Assembly (NCBI GenBank): GCA_964646425.1 | Contig: CAZYEI010000002.1 | Span: 348-64,347 of the forward strand | Source of the DNA: an uncultured Eubacteriales bacterium | GTDB taxonomy: Bacteria > Bacillota_I > Bacilli_A > RFN20 > JAISJY01 | Length of the DNA stretch: 64,000 nucleotides | Reading direction: 5' to 3' | Part shown: positions 1-10,467 of the stretch, piece by piece | Position numbering within the stretch: the first letter of the stretch is position 1 | How the letters are laid out: each line of letters opens with the position of its first letter | The notes under the pieces: model-generated | Databases searched by the model: none | The model's input: the letters and a program-made list of their open reading frames with translations, nothing else | Told to the model about the DNA's origin: nothing | Program-made: the position numbers and the translations under genes

Positions 1-425
1 CTTTACTTGCTCTTAGACATGCTTTAGAAAATACTAAGATGCTTTCTAGCGATGTTAGTGCAGGTGTTGATCCATTGTATAGTCATGTTAATGATATGAA
101 AAATGCGGCATTTTTAGGAAAGGGTGTTGTATTTAATAAATATACAGGAGCAAGAGGAAAAAGTGGTTGCAATGATGCAAATCCTGAGTTTGTTGCTTGG
201 TTAAGAAATGTAATGGATACTGCTAATGTTAATTATCAAACTGCCGAACTTGGTAAAGTTGATCAAGGTGGTGGTGGTACAATTGCTTTTATTTTAGGGA
301 ATTATAATATGAATGTAATTGATTGTGGCGTACCAGTTTTAAATATGCATGCACCGTGGGAGATTGTATCTAAAGTAGATGTTTATGAGGCATATTTGGC
401 TTATAAAGCTTTTTTAGAGGCATAA
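1..425 (+). CDS. M18-family aminopeptidase, C-terminal fragment; the gene starts upstream of the window
   Basis: The frame is open from position 3 with no upstream stop, so the gene is truncated at the window edge. The C-terminal motifs 'GGGGTIAFILG' and 'LNMHAPWEIVSKVD...AYKAFLEA' resemble the M18 (aspartyl aminopeptidase) C-terminus. Confidence 0.55.
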   Translation, partial: LLALRHALENTKMLSSDVSAGVDPLYSHVNDMKNAAFLGKGVVFNKYTGARGKSGCNDANPEFVAWLRNVMDTANVNYQTAELGKVDQGGGGTIAFILGNYNMNVIDCGVPVLNMHAPWEIVSKVDVYEAYLAYKAFLEA

Positions 426-433
426 AAAAACAA

Positions 434-465
434 AAAGAGATTTTGAGAAAAAATCTCTTTTTTTA
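434..465 (+). terminator. Rho-independent terminator
   Basis: Hairpin AAAGAGATTTT-gagaa-AAAATCTCTTT followed by a T-tract. Confidence 0.7.
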
Positions 466-552
466 TCATAAAGAAATCAATTTCTTTTTATAGTGGAAAA
501 AAGTAAATAGTAATGTTAAAATATATATGTAATATATTTTTGGGAGGTATTT

Positions 553-3500
553 ATGAACCAACAACTTGACTTCTATAAAATAAATAAAGGAAATCCAATC
601 GAAGGATTCAAAGATTATTCCTTAGCTGCTGCAAGAGAGGGAATTGTTTTATTAAAAAATGAAGATAATGTTTTGCCGTTAATTAATAAAAAAATTGCTG
701 TATTCGGAAGGATTCAAAATTCTTATTATAAGAGTGGAACTGGTTCAGGTGGACTGGTTAATGTTTTGCACGTTTCTTCGATCATTGAAGGATTATTAGC
801 TAATCCTCGAGTATCTGTTAATAAAAAATTATTAAATATTTATAATGAGTGGACTGCCGAAAATCCATTTAATGCTGGAAATGGAATGTGGGCAAGCGAA
901 CCATGGTGCCAAAAAGAAATGCCATTGGATGAAAATATTGTTAAAGAGGTTTCTTGTGAATCTGAAGTTGCAATTATTATTATTGGTAGAACTGCTGGAG
1001 AAGATAGAGATAACTTTAATGGTGAAGGAAGTTATTGCTTAACTAAAGAAGAAGATGAAATGCTTGCTGTTGTTACTAGACATTTTAAAAAAGTTGTTGT
1101 TTTATTAAATGTTGGTAATATTATTGATATGTCCTTTATGGATAAATATGCCATTTCAAGTGTCTTATATGTATGGCATGGCGGAATGGAAGGAGGAATA
1201 GCTGTTAGTGATGTTTTAACAGGACTTGTTTCTCCAAGTGGTAAAATGAGTAATACAGTACCTTATTCAATTGAAGATTATCCATGCTTCAAGAATTTTG
1301 GCGGTTATGACAGAAATATATATGTTGAAGATATTTATGTTGGCTATCGATATTTTTTAACATTTGCTCCAAATAAAATTAGATTTCCATTTGGCTATGG
1401 ATTATCATATACAAAATTTGATATTAAAACTCTTAATGTTAATGAAACTAAAGATAGTTATATTTTTAAAGTAAAAGTAACAAATAATGGAAATTATCGT
1501 GGTAAAGAGGTTGTTCAAATATATGTTGAAGTTCCTCAAGGAAAACTTGGAAAACCCCTTCGACAATTAGTTGGATATAAGAAAACTAAAGAATTAGATT
1601 GTCAAGAGACTGAGATTTTAGAAATTGTTGTATTAAAAAGATATTTTGCATCTTTTGATGATATAGGTGTTACCGGAAATTTAAATTGCTTTGTTCATGA
1701 GCCTGGTGAATATAAGTTCTATGTCGATAATTCTTCAAATACAGATAAATTAGCATTTAAAACAATTTATAAAGAACTAATTGTTGTTGAAAAATGTCAT
1801 GCTGCTTGTGAACCGTGTGAAGAGTTTGAACGAATGATTCCGAAAATTGAAAATAATAAATTAGTTGTTTCTTATGGAAAAGTTAGTGCTAAAAAACAAA
1901 ATCAAGCAGAGCATATATCAAGTGAAAAACTACCTTTATATTCTGGAAATAAAAAAGGAACTTTGCTTGATGTTGAAAATGGTAAACTAACTTTAGATGA
2001 GTTTGTAGCTTCTCTAGACATTACTGATTTGGCAATGCTGGCAAGAGGAGAAGGAATGTCTAGTTATAAAGTAACTAGTGGTACGGCTGCTGCATATGGG
2101 GCAGTTAGTCAATCATTGGTTGACAAAGAAATACCTATTGCATGTGCTGCTGATGGTCCTTCAGGAATTAGAATGGATAGTGGCCAACAAGCAACAAGTT
2201 TGCCAAATGGAACATGTCTAGCTTGTTCGATGAATGATGAATTAATAAAAGAATTATATTATTTAGAGGGTAAAGAATTAATTGCTTATAATATTGATAC
2301 ATTATTAGGACCAGGCATGAATATCCATCGTTTTCCTTTGAATGGAAGGAATTTTGAATATTTTAGTGAGGATCCATATTTAACTGGTATGATGGCTACT
2401 GCAATTACAAGAGGATTACAACAAGCTGGAACTACTGGAACATTAAAACATCTTGCTTGTAATAATCAAGAATTCCGTAGATTTGATTGTGATTCTGTTT
2501 TGTCAACACGAGCACTTAGAGAAATTTACTTAAGGGGTTTTGAAATCGCTGTTCGTGAAGGAAAATCAAGAATTATTATGACATGTTATAATCCTATAAA
2601 TGGAATTTGGGGCGCAGGTAATTATGATTTAAATACCTTGATCGTTCGTCAAGAATGGGGGTTTGACGGTATTATAGTAACTGACTGGTGGGCAAAAATG
2701 AATGATGAAGAAAATGGCCCTGCAGAAAGAAATAATTCAAAAGCAATGATTAAATCACAAAATGATATTTATATGGTCACTGGCTGTCCCGAAAAAAATA
2801 GTGCCGATGATAATACAATTGAGGCATATGAAAAAGGATTGCTTTCTAAAGAGCAATTGCAAAGAGGAGCCAAAAATATCTTATCTTTTTTGATGAAAAC
2901 ACCTGCTTGGAAAAGAAAACTTGAAAAAGATGATACTCCAAAACCATTATTTACTAAATATAGTCCAACTATTGAAAATGTTTTTATAGATGGTGAAGAA
3001 TTTAAGGATTTTAATGAAATTATTCATTTCTATTATTTAAATGAAAAAATGGTAAATAAAATTGAGTTTAAATGTAAATATAATTATGATGTTTTTTATT
3101 CAACAGCTGATTGTGAAACTATTATTGTTGTAGTTTATAAAGAAAAACTTAATGAGATATATTATTTTAATTTGAATAGTGGTAATAAAAGAATTAATAA
3201 AAATATATTTGATTTTGAAAATGTATCATTAGAAAATGTGATTAAAGTTTGCAATCAACCGTGGTATACTGCAGAAATTGATTTATCAAAATTTAGTACT
3301 AAAACAAATAAGATTTATGTTGATGAAAACAATATAGTAAAAGATTGTTATAAAAATGAACATATTTCATATCCGATTGATGTTGAAAGTTATGGTAAAT
3401 ATATTATTTCAATAACAATGAAATGTGAAGCACCATTACTTGCTCAAGTTCCGTTCTCGATTTTTGTTGATCAAACTAATAAATCTACATTAACGGCTGG

Positions 3501-3630
3501 CTCTACAAATGGAGATTTTGTTGAAGTTAATTCACATATTATTATTGAAAAAGGAATACATCATCTTTCATTTAAATTTAATACAACAGGCATTGAAATT
3601 TCAAAAATAAAAATTATTAAGCATATGTAA
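553..3630 (+). CDS. GH3 beta-glucosidase-like glycoside hydrolase with permuted domain order and a ~300-aa C-terminal extension
   Basis: GH3 C-domain-like motifs ('GRTAGEDRDNFNGEGSY', FnIII-like 'FGYGLSYTKF') occur at aa ~140-290. The GH3 catalytic-barrel motifs ('KHLACNNQEF', 'EWGFDGIIVTDWWA' with the nucleophile Asp) follow at aa ~600-700. The RBS GGGAGG lies 7 nt upstream. Confidence 0.75.
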   Translation: MNQQLDFYKINKGNPIEGFKDYSLAAAREGIVLLKNEDNVLPLINKKIAVFGRIQNSYYKSGTGSGGLVNVLHVSSIIEGLLANPRVSVNKKLLNIYNEWTAENPFNAGNGMWASEPWCQKEMPLDENIVKEVSCESEVAIIIIGRTAGEDRDNFNGEGSYCLTKEEDEMLAVVTRHFKKVVVLLNVGNIIDMSFMDKYAISSVLYVWHGGMEGGIAVSDVLTGLVSPSGKMSNTVPYSIEDYPCFKNFGGYDRNIYVEDIYVGYRYFLTFAPNKIRFPFGYGLSYTKFDIKTLNVNETKDSYIFKVKVTNNGNYRGKEVVQIYVEVPQGKLGKPLRQLVGYKKTKELDCQETEILEIVVLKRYFASFDDIGVTGNLNCFVHEPGEYKFYVDNSSNTDKLAFKTIYKELIVVEKCHAACEPCEEFERMIPKIENNKLVVSYGKVSAKKQNQAEHISSEKLPLYSGNKKGTLLDVENGKLTLDEFVASLDITDLAMLARGEGMSSYKVTSGTAAAYGAVSQSLVDKEIPIACAADGPSGIRMDSGQQATSLPNGTCLACSMNDELIKELYYLEGKELIAYNIDTLLGPGMNIHRFPLNGRNFEYFSEDPYLTGMMATAITRGLQQAGTTGTLKHLACNNQEFRRFDCDSVLSTRALREIYLRGFEIAVREGKSRIIMTCYNPINGIWGAGNYDLNTLIVRQEWGFDGIIVTDWWAKMNDEENGPAERNNSKAMIKSQNDIYMVTGCPEKNSADDNTIEAYEKGLLSKEQLQRGAKNILSFLMKTPAWKRKLEKDDTPKPLFTKYSPTIENVFIDGEEFKDFNEIIHFYYLNEKMVNKIEFKCKYNYDVFYSTADCETIIVVVYKEKLNEIYYFNLNSGNKRINKNIFDFENVSLENVIKVCNQPWYTAEIDLSKFSTKTNKIYVDENNIVKDCYKNEHISYPIDVESYGKYIISITMKCEAPLLAQVPFSIFVDQTNKSTLTAGSTNGDFVEVNSHIIIEKGIHHLSFKFNTTGIEISKIKIIKHM

Positions 3631-3639
3631 ATTTAAAAA

Positions 3640-3678
3640 AATGATGGTGTCCAAATTAACGGAATGCCATCATTTTTA
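3640..3678 (+). terminator. Rho-independent terminator
   Basis: Stem AATGATGG...CCATCATT followed by TTT. Confidence 0.6.
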
Positions 3679-3824
3679 GTTACTGTTATTTTAGTTTTTG
3701 ATTTAATATTAGCTCACTCTTATATTATAGCATAATATAATTAAATATTACTAGACTAATATTTAGGTAATTTTATGATAAAATATAATTGTAGATAAAA
3801 TCTACAAGAGAGGAGCTATATTAT

Positions 3825-4355
3825 ATGAAATATCAAATTATTGGAAAAAACATAGAAGTTACAGAGGCGATCCGAAACAAGATTATTAAAAAGCTTTCGG
3901 ACTTTGACAAATATTTAATTATTTCTGATGATCAAGAATGTAGAGTGGTTGTTAGCGTTGGACCAAATTATCAAAAAATTGAAGTAACAATTCCTACAAA
4001 AGTAGCTCTATTACGTTCTGAAGTTAAACATGAAGATTTATATGCTGCAATTGACTTGGTGGTTGATAAATTAGAAGATCAAATGAGAAGAGTTAAAACA
4101 AAATTAGATCGTACTCATAATGAAAAATTAAGTAGAGCATTAGTTTGGGAAAAAGTGAAAAATGACCCTGAAGATGAGATCGTATTTGTAAAAACCAAAA
4201 ATATAACACTAGAAGAATATGATTTAGATGAAGCAATAGCTAAAATGGAATTATTAGGACATTCATTCTTTATTTATAAGGATATAGATGATAAGAAAAC
4301 TGCTGTTGTTTATAAGAGATTTGAAGGAGGATATGGTGTTATTTTAGTTGAGTAG
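3825..4355 (+). CDS. hpf: Ribosome hibernation promoting factor, long form
   Basis: The N-terminal 'MKYQIIGKNIEVTEAIRNKIIKKL' is the sigma-54-modulation / YfiA fold. The 176-aa length matches long HPF with a C-terminal dimerisation domain. The RBS is GAGAGGAG. Confidence 0.8.
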   Translation: MKYQIIGKNIEVTEAIRNKIIKKLSDFDKYLIISDDQECRVVVSVGPNYQKIEVTIPTKVALLRSEVKHEDLYAAIDLVVDKLEDQMRRVKTKLDRTHNEKLSRALVWEKVKNDPEDEIVFVKTKNITLEEYDLDEAIAKMELLGHSFFIYKDIDDKKTAVVYKRFEGGYGVILVE

Positions 4356-4362
4356 TTAAGTA

Positions 4363-4392
4363 AAAAGGACAAATGTCCTTTTTATTTTTTTT
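4363..4392 (+). terminator. Rho-independent terminator
   Basis: AAAAGGACA-aat-TGTCCTTTT followed by a T-tract. Confidence 0.7.
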
Positions 4393-4467
4393 GTATAAAA
4401 ACTAAAATTATTAATAGGTAATAGAAAATAAAGATTAGTTTTGATATAATACTAAAAGAGAAAAGAG

Positions 4468-5100
4468 ATGGGGATTATGTCAACAATAATTGGTATTGCT
4501 GGAGGAACAGCAAGTGGAAAAACAACAATTGCAAAAAGATTAGCTGAAAATCAAAATGAAATTGGTTATATTGCTATGTTAAGATTAGATGATTACTATA
4601 AGGATTTGTCGCATTTACCACTTGAAGAACGAAAAAAGATTAATTTTGATCATATGGATATATTTGATTTTGATTTGTTAATTTCTGATATTAATAAATT
4701 AAAAAATGGAAATACAATTAACTCTCCGGTATATGATTATGTTAATCATACAAGAATGATTGGCAAATATCGAAGTGTTGAACCAAGCAGTGTAATTATT
4801 GTTGAAGGTATTCACGCTCTTGCGGAACCGAATTTACGAAATTTATTTGATATAAAGATATATGTTGATACTGCTGATGATATTAGATTTATTCGTAGAT
4901 TAAAAAGAGATATTGAGGATAGAGGAAGAACAATGGATTCGGTTGTTAATCAATATTTAGCGACGGTAAGACCAATGCATTTGCAATTTGTAGAACCAAG
5001 TAAAAGATATGCCGATATTATTATTCCTGAAGGTGGTAAAAATGAAGTTGCCATTAATATTCTAACAAATAAAATTATTGAACTTTGTAAAAATAAGTAG
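4468..5100 (+). CDS. udk: Uridine kinase
   Basis: Contains the P-loop 'IIGIAGGTASGKTT' and the PRK/uridine kinase fold ('DIKIYVDTADDIRFIRRLKRDIEDRGR'). Confidence 0.85.
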   Translation: MGIMSTIIGIAGGTASGKTTIAKRLAENQNEIGYIAMLRLDDYYKDLSHLPLEERKKINFDHMDIFDFDLLISDINKLKNGNTINSPVYDYVNHTRMIGKYRSVEPSSVIIVEGIHALAEPNLRNLFDIKIYVDTADDIRFIRRLKRDIEDRGRTMDSVVNQYLATVRPMHLQFVEPSKRYADIIIPEGGKNEVAINILTNKIIELCKNK

Positions 5101-5108
5101 GTGTAAAA

Positions 5109-6266
5109 ATGAAATTGCCGGATTATAATAATTCAAATTTAAATTTGATTAATTCATTGTTAAAACATTATGGAGTTGATTCAAATAAAAAAGGATTGCC
5201 TATTATTGATAAACTATTAGAAAATAATAAATATAAAAAAGTTGTTCTAATAATTATGGATGGAATGGGACATCACAATTTAGTTGCTACTAGAAAGAAA
5301 GATTCAATTTTGTTAAATAATGAATATGGACCTATATCAACAATTTTTCCTTCTACTACAGCAGCAGTTATGACAATGTATGAAGCTGCAAAACCAGTAT
5401 GTGAAAGTGGGTGGGTAGCATGGTCAACATATTTTAAAGAGATAAATAAGTCAATTGATTTATTTACTGGAAGAGATAGTTTATCACAAGAGATTGTTAA
5501 TTATTCATATAAAGACTTAATTAAATATGAATCTATTTATAAAATGATTAATAAGGTAGCTAAAAATATAGATGTTTATCAAATATATCCTGAAAATGTA
5601 AAAAAAGAACAAGAACCATGTAAACAACAAAAATATAACACAATTGTTGAAATGATAGATATAATCACTAATTTAATTGAAGATAATAAAGAAAAATTTG
5701 TTTTTGCATATTGTAATCAACCTGATTCATCAATGCATTCTACAGGACCAAATTCCAAAGAAGTAAATTTATTGTTGGATGAATTTGAAGATTTAGTTAG
5801 TGTTTTATATAATCGTCTTGACGATGAAACACTTATTATTATAACTGCTGATCATGGTCAAATAGAAATAACTCAAACATATTATTTGAATAAATATAAA
5901 GACTTGATGGATATGCTTGTAATGCCACCACTTTTAGAAGGAAGAGTTAGAAGCTTTTTTGTTAAAAATGGTTATTTATTAAAGTTTAAAGAGAAATTTT
6001 TGGAATATTTTGGAGAAGATTTTATTCTATATAATCGTAATGATATTTTAAATGAAAAGATATTTGGAGATGGGATACCACATAATGTGTTTGATGACTC
6101 AATTGGAGATTATGTTGCAATAGCAGTTAAAAATGCAGTTTTAGATTATATTTCTCCAATTCTTGGGGATGATGGTTTTGTTTTTAAGGGTCATCATGGC
6201 GGATTAACTAAAGAGGAAATGGAAATCCCTTTAATTATTTTGAAAAAAGGTGATATTAATGATTAA
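5109..6266 (+). CDS. Alkaline-phosphatase-superfamily metalloenzyme (type I phosphodiesterase / nucleotide pyrophosphatase-like)
   Basis: Has 'VVLIIMDGMGHH', the 'ITADHGQ' metal-ligand motif and 'KGHHGG' near the C-terminus. Confidence 0.55.
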   Translation: MKLPDYNNSNLNLINSLLKHYGVDSNKKGLPIIDKLLENNKYKKVVLIIMDGMGHHNLVATRKKDSILLNNEYGPISTIFPSTTAAVMTMYEAAKPVCESGWVAWSTYFKEINKSIDLFTGRDSLSQEIVNYSYKDLIKYESIYKMINKVAKNIDVYQIYPENVKKEQEPCKQQKYNTIVEMIDIITNLIEDNKEKFVFAYCNQPDSSMHSTGPNSKEVNLLLDEFEDLVSVLYNRLDDETLIIITADHGQIEITQTYYLNKYKDLMDMLVMPPLLEGRVRSFFVKNGYLLKFKEKFLEYFGEDFILYNRNDILNEKIFGDGIPHNVFDDSIGDYVAIAVKNAVLDYISPILGDDGFVFKGHHGGLTKEEMEIPLIILKKGDIND

Positions 6267-7452
6267 AGTAGGTATAATCGGCGGTGGTGCAACCGGGCTT
6301 ATGTGTGCTGCTAAACTTTCAAAAACTAGAGGTACTATTATAGATATTCTTGAAAAAGAAAAAAGAGTGGGTAAGAAAATTTTACAAACAGGAAATGGCA
6401 GATGTAATTTCACAAATATGAATGTGAAACCTGAAAAATATAATTCTCCAAATTTTGTTAAATCAATCATAAATGAATATTCTCCAAATTTACTTAGAGA
6501 TGAATTTTTTTCTATGGGATTGGTAAGTTATCAAGATGAAGAAGCAAGGTGCTATCCATTAAGTGATAGTGCTACAAGTGTTTTAGATGTCTTGAGAAAT
6601 AAATGTAAGATAAATGGAGTTTTTGAAAAAACTGATCATGAAGTATTACAAATAAAAAAAACAAAATCGGGATATCAAGTTATATGTAAATATAATCAAA
6701 ATGAAGATGTTTCATATGAATATGATTATGTAGTTATTTGTACTGGAGGAAGTGCCAAGCCATTACCTTTTGTTGAAAAACTAAATATAAACTATACCAA
6801 AACTAAACAGTCATTATGTGCGATAAAGGCTAATGTTTCGGGATTAACCGGAATTAGAAGCAATGTTAGAGCTTCATTATACTTAGACGATGTTTTGATT
6901 AAGCAAGATGAAGGAGAAATTTTGTTTAAAGATGGAGCTTTATCTGGAATAGTGATGTTTAATTTATCTGCTTTCGTTGCAAGAAACAGCAATTTTAAAA
7001 ATGGTTATATTGAAATTGATTTATTGCCATCTTATGATGAAAATTCATATTCTAATTTATGGGATAATCGAATAAAAAATTTAAAAAATATTTCACTAGA
7101 ATTATTTATGATTGGTATGTTTCCTAAAATGTTAGCACAATATATTATTAAAAAAAGTGGGCTAAGTCAAGACCTTGTTATTAAAGACTTGAATAAAAAG
7201 AATTTAGAATATTTGAAATATATTTGTAAGCATTTAAAATTTGAAATAAAGCCTAATTTTGCTAGCAATAATTCACAAGTCATACATGGTGGTATTGACT
7301 TGAAAGAAGTAAAAGATACTTTAGAATTAATTAAATATAAAAATATATTCGTTGGTGGTGAGGTATTAGATATTGATGGTGAATGTGGTGGCTATAATTT
7401 GCATTTTGCTTTTTCTTGTGGTTTGAAAATTGCTAATTTAATAAAAAAATAA
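6259..7452 (+). CDS. BaiN/YhiN (HI0933-like) family NAD(P)/FAD flavoprotein
   Basis: Shows the Rossmann motif 'VGIIGGGATGLMCA' and the family-typical 'TGNGRCNFTN'. The ATG at 6259 follows GGTG and is preferred over the tracked GTG at 6250, which overlaps the upstream gene. Confidence 0.7.
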   Translation: MIKVGIIGGGATGLMCAAKLSKTRGTIIDILEKEKRVGKKILQTGNGRCNFTNMNVKPEKYNSPNFVKSIINEYSPNLLRDEFFSMGLVSYQDEEARCYPLSDSATSVLDVLRNKCKINGVFEKTDHEVLQIKKTKSGYQVICKYNQNEDVSYEYDYVVICTGGSAKPLPFVEKLNINYTKTKQSLCAIKANVSGLTGIRSNVRASLYLDDVLIKQDEGEILFKDGALSGIVMFNLSAFVARNSNFKNGYIEIDLLPSYDENSYSNLWDNRIKNLKNISLELFMIGMFPKMLAQYIIKKSGLSQDLVIKDLNKKNLEYLKYICKHLKFEIKPNFASNNSQVIHGGIDLKEVKDTLELIKYKNIFVGGEVLDIDGECGGYNLHFAFSCGLKIANLIKK

Positions 7453-7497
7453 AAAGTCCATATAAAGTTTATATAATTACTTTATATGGACTTTTTT
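7451..7497. terminator. Bidirectional terminator between convergent genes
   Basis: An 18-bp stem AAAAAGTCCATATAAAGT / ACTTTATATGGACTTTTT is flanked by A/T tracts on both sides. Confidence 0.7.
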
Positions 7498-9310
7498 AGT
7501 GTTTGTTTTTTACGTATTGATTGATAAAATCATTTAAAAACGGAATAATCAAATTTTGATAATTGTCATATAAATCATCAAATGCGTTTTTAATTCCCAT
7601 TTTATCAAAAGTTTCGATATCTTCTGCTAATCTTCCTTCTAGTTCTTTAAATAATTCTAATAATAACATTAGCATAATCAAAAATTGTTCTTTAAATGAA
7701 GTTCTATTTTTATATAGTTTAATATTGTTGACCCATGCATATGGAGTTACGTGACTATATGCACAACTTTCTTCATAAAGCCCAAGTACATAATCAATAA
7801 TGTTTATATGAATGTTATATTGTTCTAGTTCTTCATTAATACCATTCATAAGCCCAGTTACTGAAAAACTTAATAAAGAAGGAAGATTTAAAATATAATC
7901 ATTGTCCAATCCTTTTAAATATAAGGCCCATGCATTAAGTCTTACTGCATTATTTCTATCAATATCACGATTATGGAATTTTTTATAATAGTCAATAATT
8001 AAGTCAATTGATTTTTGATATTTTTCAGTTTCTTCTGCAAATGCTTGATTTACTTCATCGTTAATTTTGACATTTTGTGAAGATAAAAAGTTTTTAATCG
8101 TAAATTTTGCTTGGTAACCTTTTATATATTGATGAATATAATATATTTTATTACGTTCATTATCTTCGTTAATTAAAATATTAACAGTCACTACAAATTC
8201 GATTAAAAATCTAATTTGAGTATAGAACGAAAGTAAGTCAAAATCATAGTAGGCTTTAAATAAGTCATCAATTCTAAATTTAGCATCTAAAAGAAGCAGA
8301 GCGATATTTTTGTGAAAATGCGATTTTGATGTTTTTAATATTGATAGTGCTAAAGTATTTAAATTAGTGGATATTTTTGATATGTAAATAGGGTAATTAT
8401 TATTACGCATTTTTAGTTTTCTATCAATATCAAGACGATTTTTAAAGAAATTAGCAGCATCTAAATAAGTGATATCATTATTTACTCCTAAAATATAATC
8501 ATTTACTTGTAAAAAGGTCATTTGTTTATTTAAAATTTGATTTTCATCATTTAAAATTGCATCAAGCATTGAGGAAATCCGAATATTAGAATTTAATTCA
8601 AAAAAGTTTTTTAAAAAATCACTAATAATTTGAATACATTCATTTAAAATACCATTTTTATTAGTTAAGATTTCAATGTCTTGAATGTTTTTTTCAGTAT
8701 TTTTAGAAAGAACAGTACGTGGAATATAGAATGATGGATGCGAAAAATTATCCGCTGATCTTATAAGCATTTCATAATAATGTTTTTTGCTTTCATCATT
8801 AATGTTAATATAGTTTAATAAGTCAGACATGCTTAAAGCTTTTTTTCCTTTAAAACGAGGAAGCCAACCAAATCTTTTTTGTGGTTTTCCTTCTAATGTA
8901 ACATTATAAAATTCTTTATAGAGTTCAAATCTTGAATTTGAAGAATTATTATATACGTTATTAATACGTACTACATCATATGTTAAATTATTCATAAAAT
9001 TTTGAGTTAGATGGGGTCTGACAGAAAGAATATTAATAATTAAGCAAGATTCTAAACAACCACGAAGATAGATTCTATTACTATTGCCTTTATAAAATTC
9101 AATATTATCTGTAGAAACTTCTTCATATAACGAAAGACAGTAATTTGACAGGCGAGTAGCAAATCCGTCTAAACAAATATAATAGGCAATTTTATCTTTA
9201 GCATTTGTCGTTTGTGCTACAAGATTTGTAAAGTGGTGTAATGCTTGGGAATATTGATAATATTTTTTTATGTTATTTTTAATTTCCTGAAGTTTTACTT
9301 CTTTTTGCAT
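7496..9310 (-). CDS. Hypothetical protein (~604 aa), alpha-helical, no recognisable catalytic motif
   Basis: Long ORF with the start chosen at 'MQKEVK', because AAAGGAGG lies 8 nt upstream; the tracked start is 9 codons earlier. There is no P-loop. A weak Rx6H-like 'RSADNFSH' is the only HEPN-type hint. Confidence 0.5.
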   Translation of the reverse strand: MQKEVKLQEIKNNIKKYYQYSQALHHFTNLVAQTTNAKDKIAYYICLDGFATRLSNYCLSLYEEVSTDNIEFYKGNSNRIYLRGCLESCLIINILSVRPHLTQNFMNNLTYDVVRINNVYNNSSNSRFELYKEFYNVTLEGKPQKRFGWLPRFKGKKALSMSDLLNYININDESKKHYYEMLIRSADNFSHPSFYIPRTVLSKNTEKNIQDIEILTNKNGILNECIQIISDFLKNFFELNSNIRISSMLDAILNDENQILNKQMTFLQVNDYILGVNNDITYLDAANFFKNRLDIDRKLKMRNNNYPIYISKISTNLNTLALSILKTSKSHFHKNIALLLLDAKFRIDDLFKAYYDFDLLSFYTQIRFLIEFVVTVNILINEDNERNKIYYIHQYIKGYQAKFTIKNFLSSQNVKINDEVNQAFAEETEKYQKSIDLIIDYYKKFHNRDIDRNNAVRLNAWALYLKGLDNDYILNLPSLLSFSVTGLMNGINEELEQYNIHINIIDYVLGLYEESCAYSHVTPYAWVNNIKLYKNRTSFKEQFLIMLMLLLELFKELEGRLAEDIETFDKMGIKNAFDDLYDNYQNLIIPFLNDFINQYVKNKH

Positions 9311-9485
9311 TTTAATACCTCCTTTACCATATGGCATTATAACATAAATAGACTATTAAAACAATTAAAAATACATTATTTTTAATGTTGAATTATCCGT
9401 GTATCTAAATAAACGATAAATTTTAATACCACAAATGCTAAAACTATGGTATAATAATATTTAGATATTAAAAAGGAGACCAATT

Positions 9486-10403
9486 ATGAATAAACAAAGT
9501 TTAGTTTTGCTACAATTTTACCAACCAATGATTATGATTAGAGATACAATGGAATTTGTTCTTAATGATGGTGAACTAAATATGAATGCAATAAATGCTA
9601 GAAAAGATTTTTTTAAGAAAGCAATTAGTGCTGATAATTTTGTTAAATTTTTTAATTCTTTTGAACAAGGTCCTAAAATTCTAAAACAAATAAATGAATT
9701 ATATACTGATGCTTATGAAAATGGAAAATCAATGGTAGATACTGAAGAGGGAAAGAAAAAAGCAAATTTTGGACTTCGTGTAAAATTATTGGATTTTGTT
9801 ACTGGACTTCATGAAACAATGTATGAAATTATGAAAAATAGTTTAAAACAAGTTGAAAATAATGAAGTTGATCAAATAATGTTTGATTTAGCACGAGCAG
9901 AAGATGAATATTTCCGTTGTTTGATGGCTTTAGGTAATTTTAGAGTTATCATTCCTCATTCTGGATTATTGAATAAATTTATGAATGAAGAAGTTAAACG
10001 TTTATCTGAAGACGGTAAAAAAGCAGTTACTCAAGAATTACTAAAAGAAGCTGTTTCTTCTCAAAAAGTAACTCAAGTTCGTGATATTTTAAAAAGATTA
10101 GTAGGTTTTTTAACATTTACACAACAAAAATATCTTGCTCAATTTAATGAGGGTATTGGAGTTAATGATGATATTAAAATAATGTTTGAAAAATTAGTAG
10201 TAGCTCTAAAGTTTATGGATGGTACTATTAAAGCAAATAACCCTAAAGATATTGAAGATAAAATAAAAGAAGCTCAAGAAGCAATTACTAATAATGTTAG
10301 ATTTTATGAAAATATATGGAAAGATACATATCAAAGAGTTTTAGATGAAGCTAGAGAAGCTCAAGAAAAGTTTAAAACTGAACAGGAAATAAAGAAATCA
10401 TAA
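9486..10403 (+). CDS. Hypothetical helical / coiled-coil protein (305 aa)
   Basis: Has the RBS AAAGGAGACC and diverges from the 604-aa gene. The charged helical C-terminus ('KIKEAQEAITNN...EAREAQEKFKTEQEIKK') shows no known domain. Confidence 0.45.
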   Translation: MNKQSLVLLQFYQPMIMIRDTMEFVLNDGELNMNAINARKDFFKKAISADNFVKFFNSFEQGPKILKQINELYTDAYENGKSMVDTEEGKKKANFGLRVKLLDFVTGLHETMYEIMKNSLKQVENNEVDQIMFDLARAEDEYFRCLMALGNFRVIIPHSGLLNKFMNEEVKRLSEDGKKAVTQELLKEAVSSQKVTQVRDILKRLVGFLTFTQQKYLAQFNEGIGVNDDIKIMFEKLVVALKFMDGTIKANNPKDIEDKIKEAQEAITNNVRFYENIWKDTYQRVLDEAREAQEKFKTEQEIKKS

Positions 10404-10467
10404 AATACTTGCTTTTTATAATTTATTTTGATAAACTTACAATGTTAATTACAAAGGAGATTTAATT

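Noticed and set aside
845-1042. 65-aa ORF in an alternative frame inside the GH3 gene
   Set aside because: It is fully embedded in a long, well-supported CDS on the same strand and has no RBS. It is a chance ORF.
6231-6992. Two minus-strand ORFs (79 and 66 aa) opposite the alkaline-phosphatase-like and BaiN/YhiN genes
   Set aside because: They are antisense chance ORFs.
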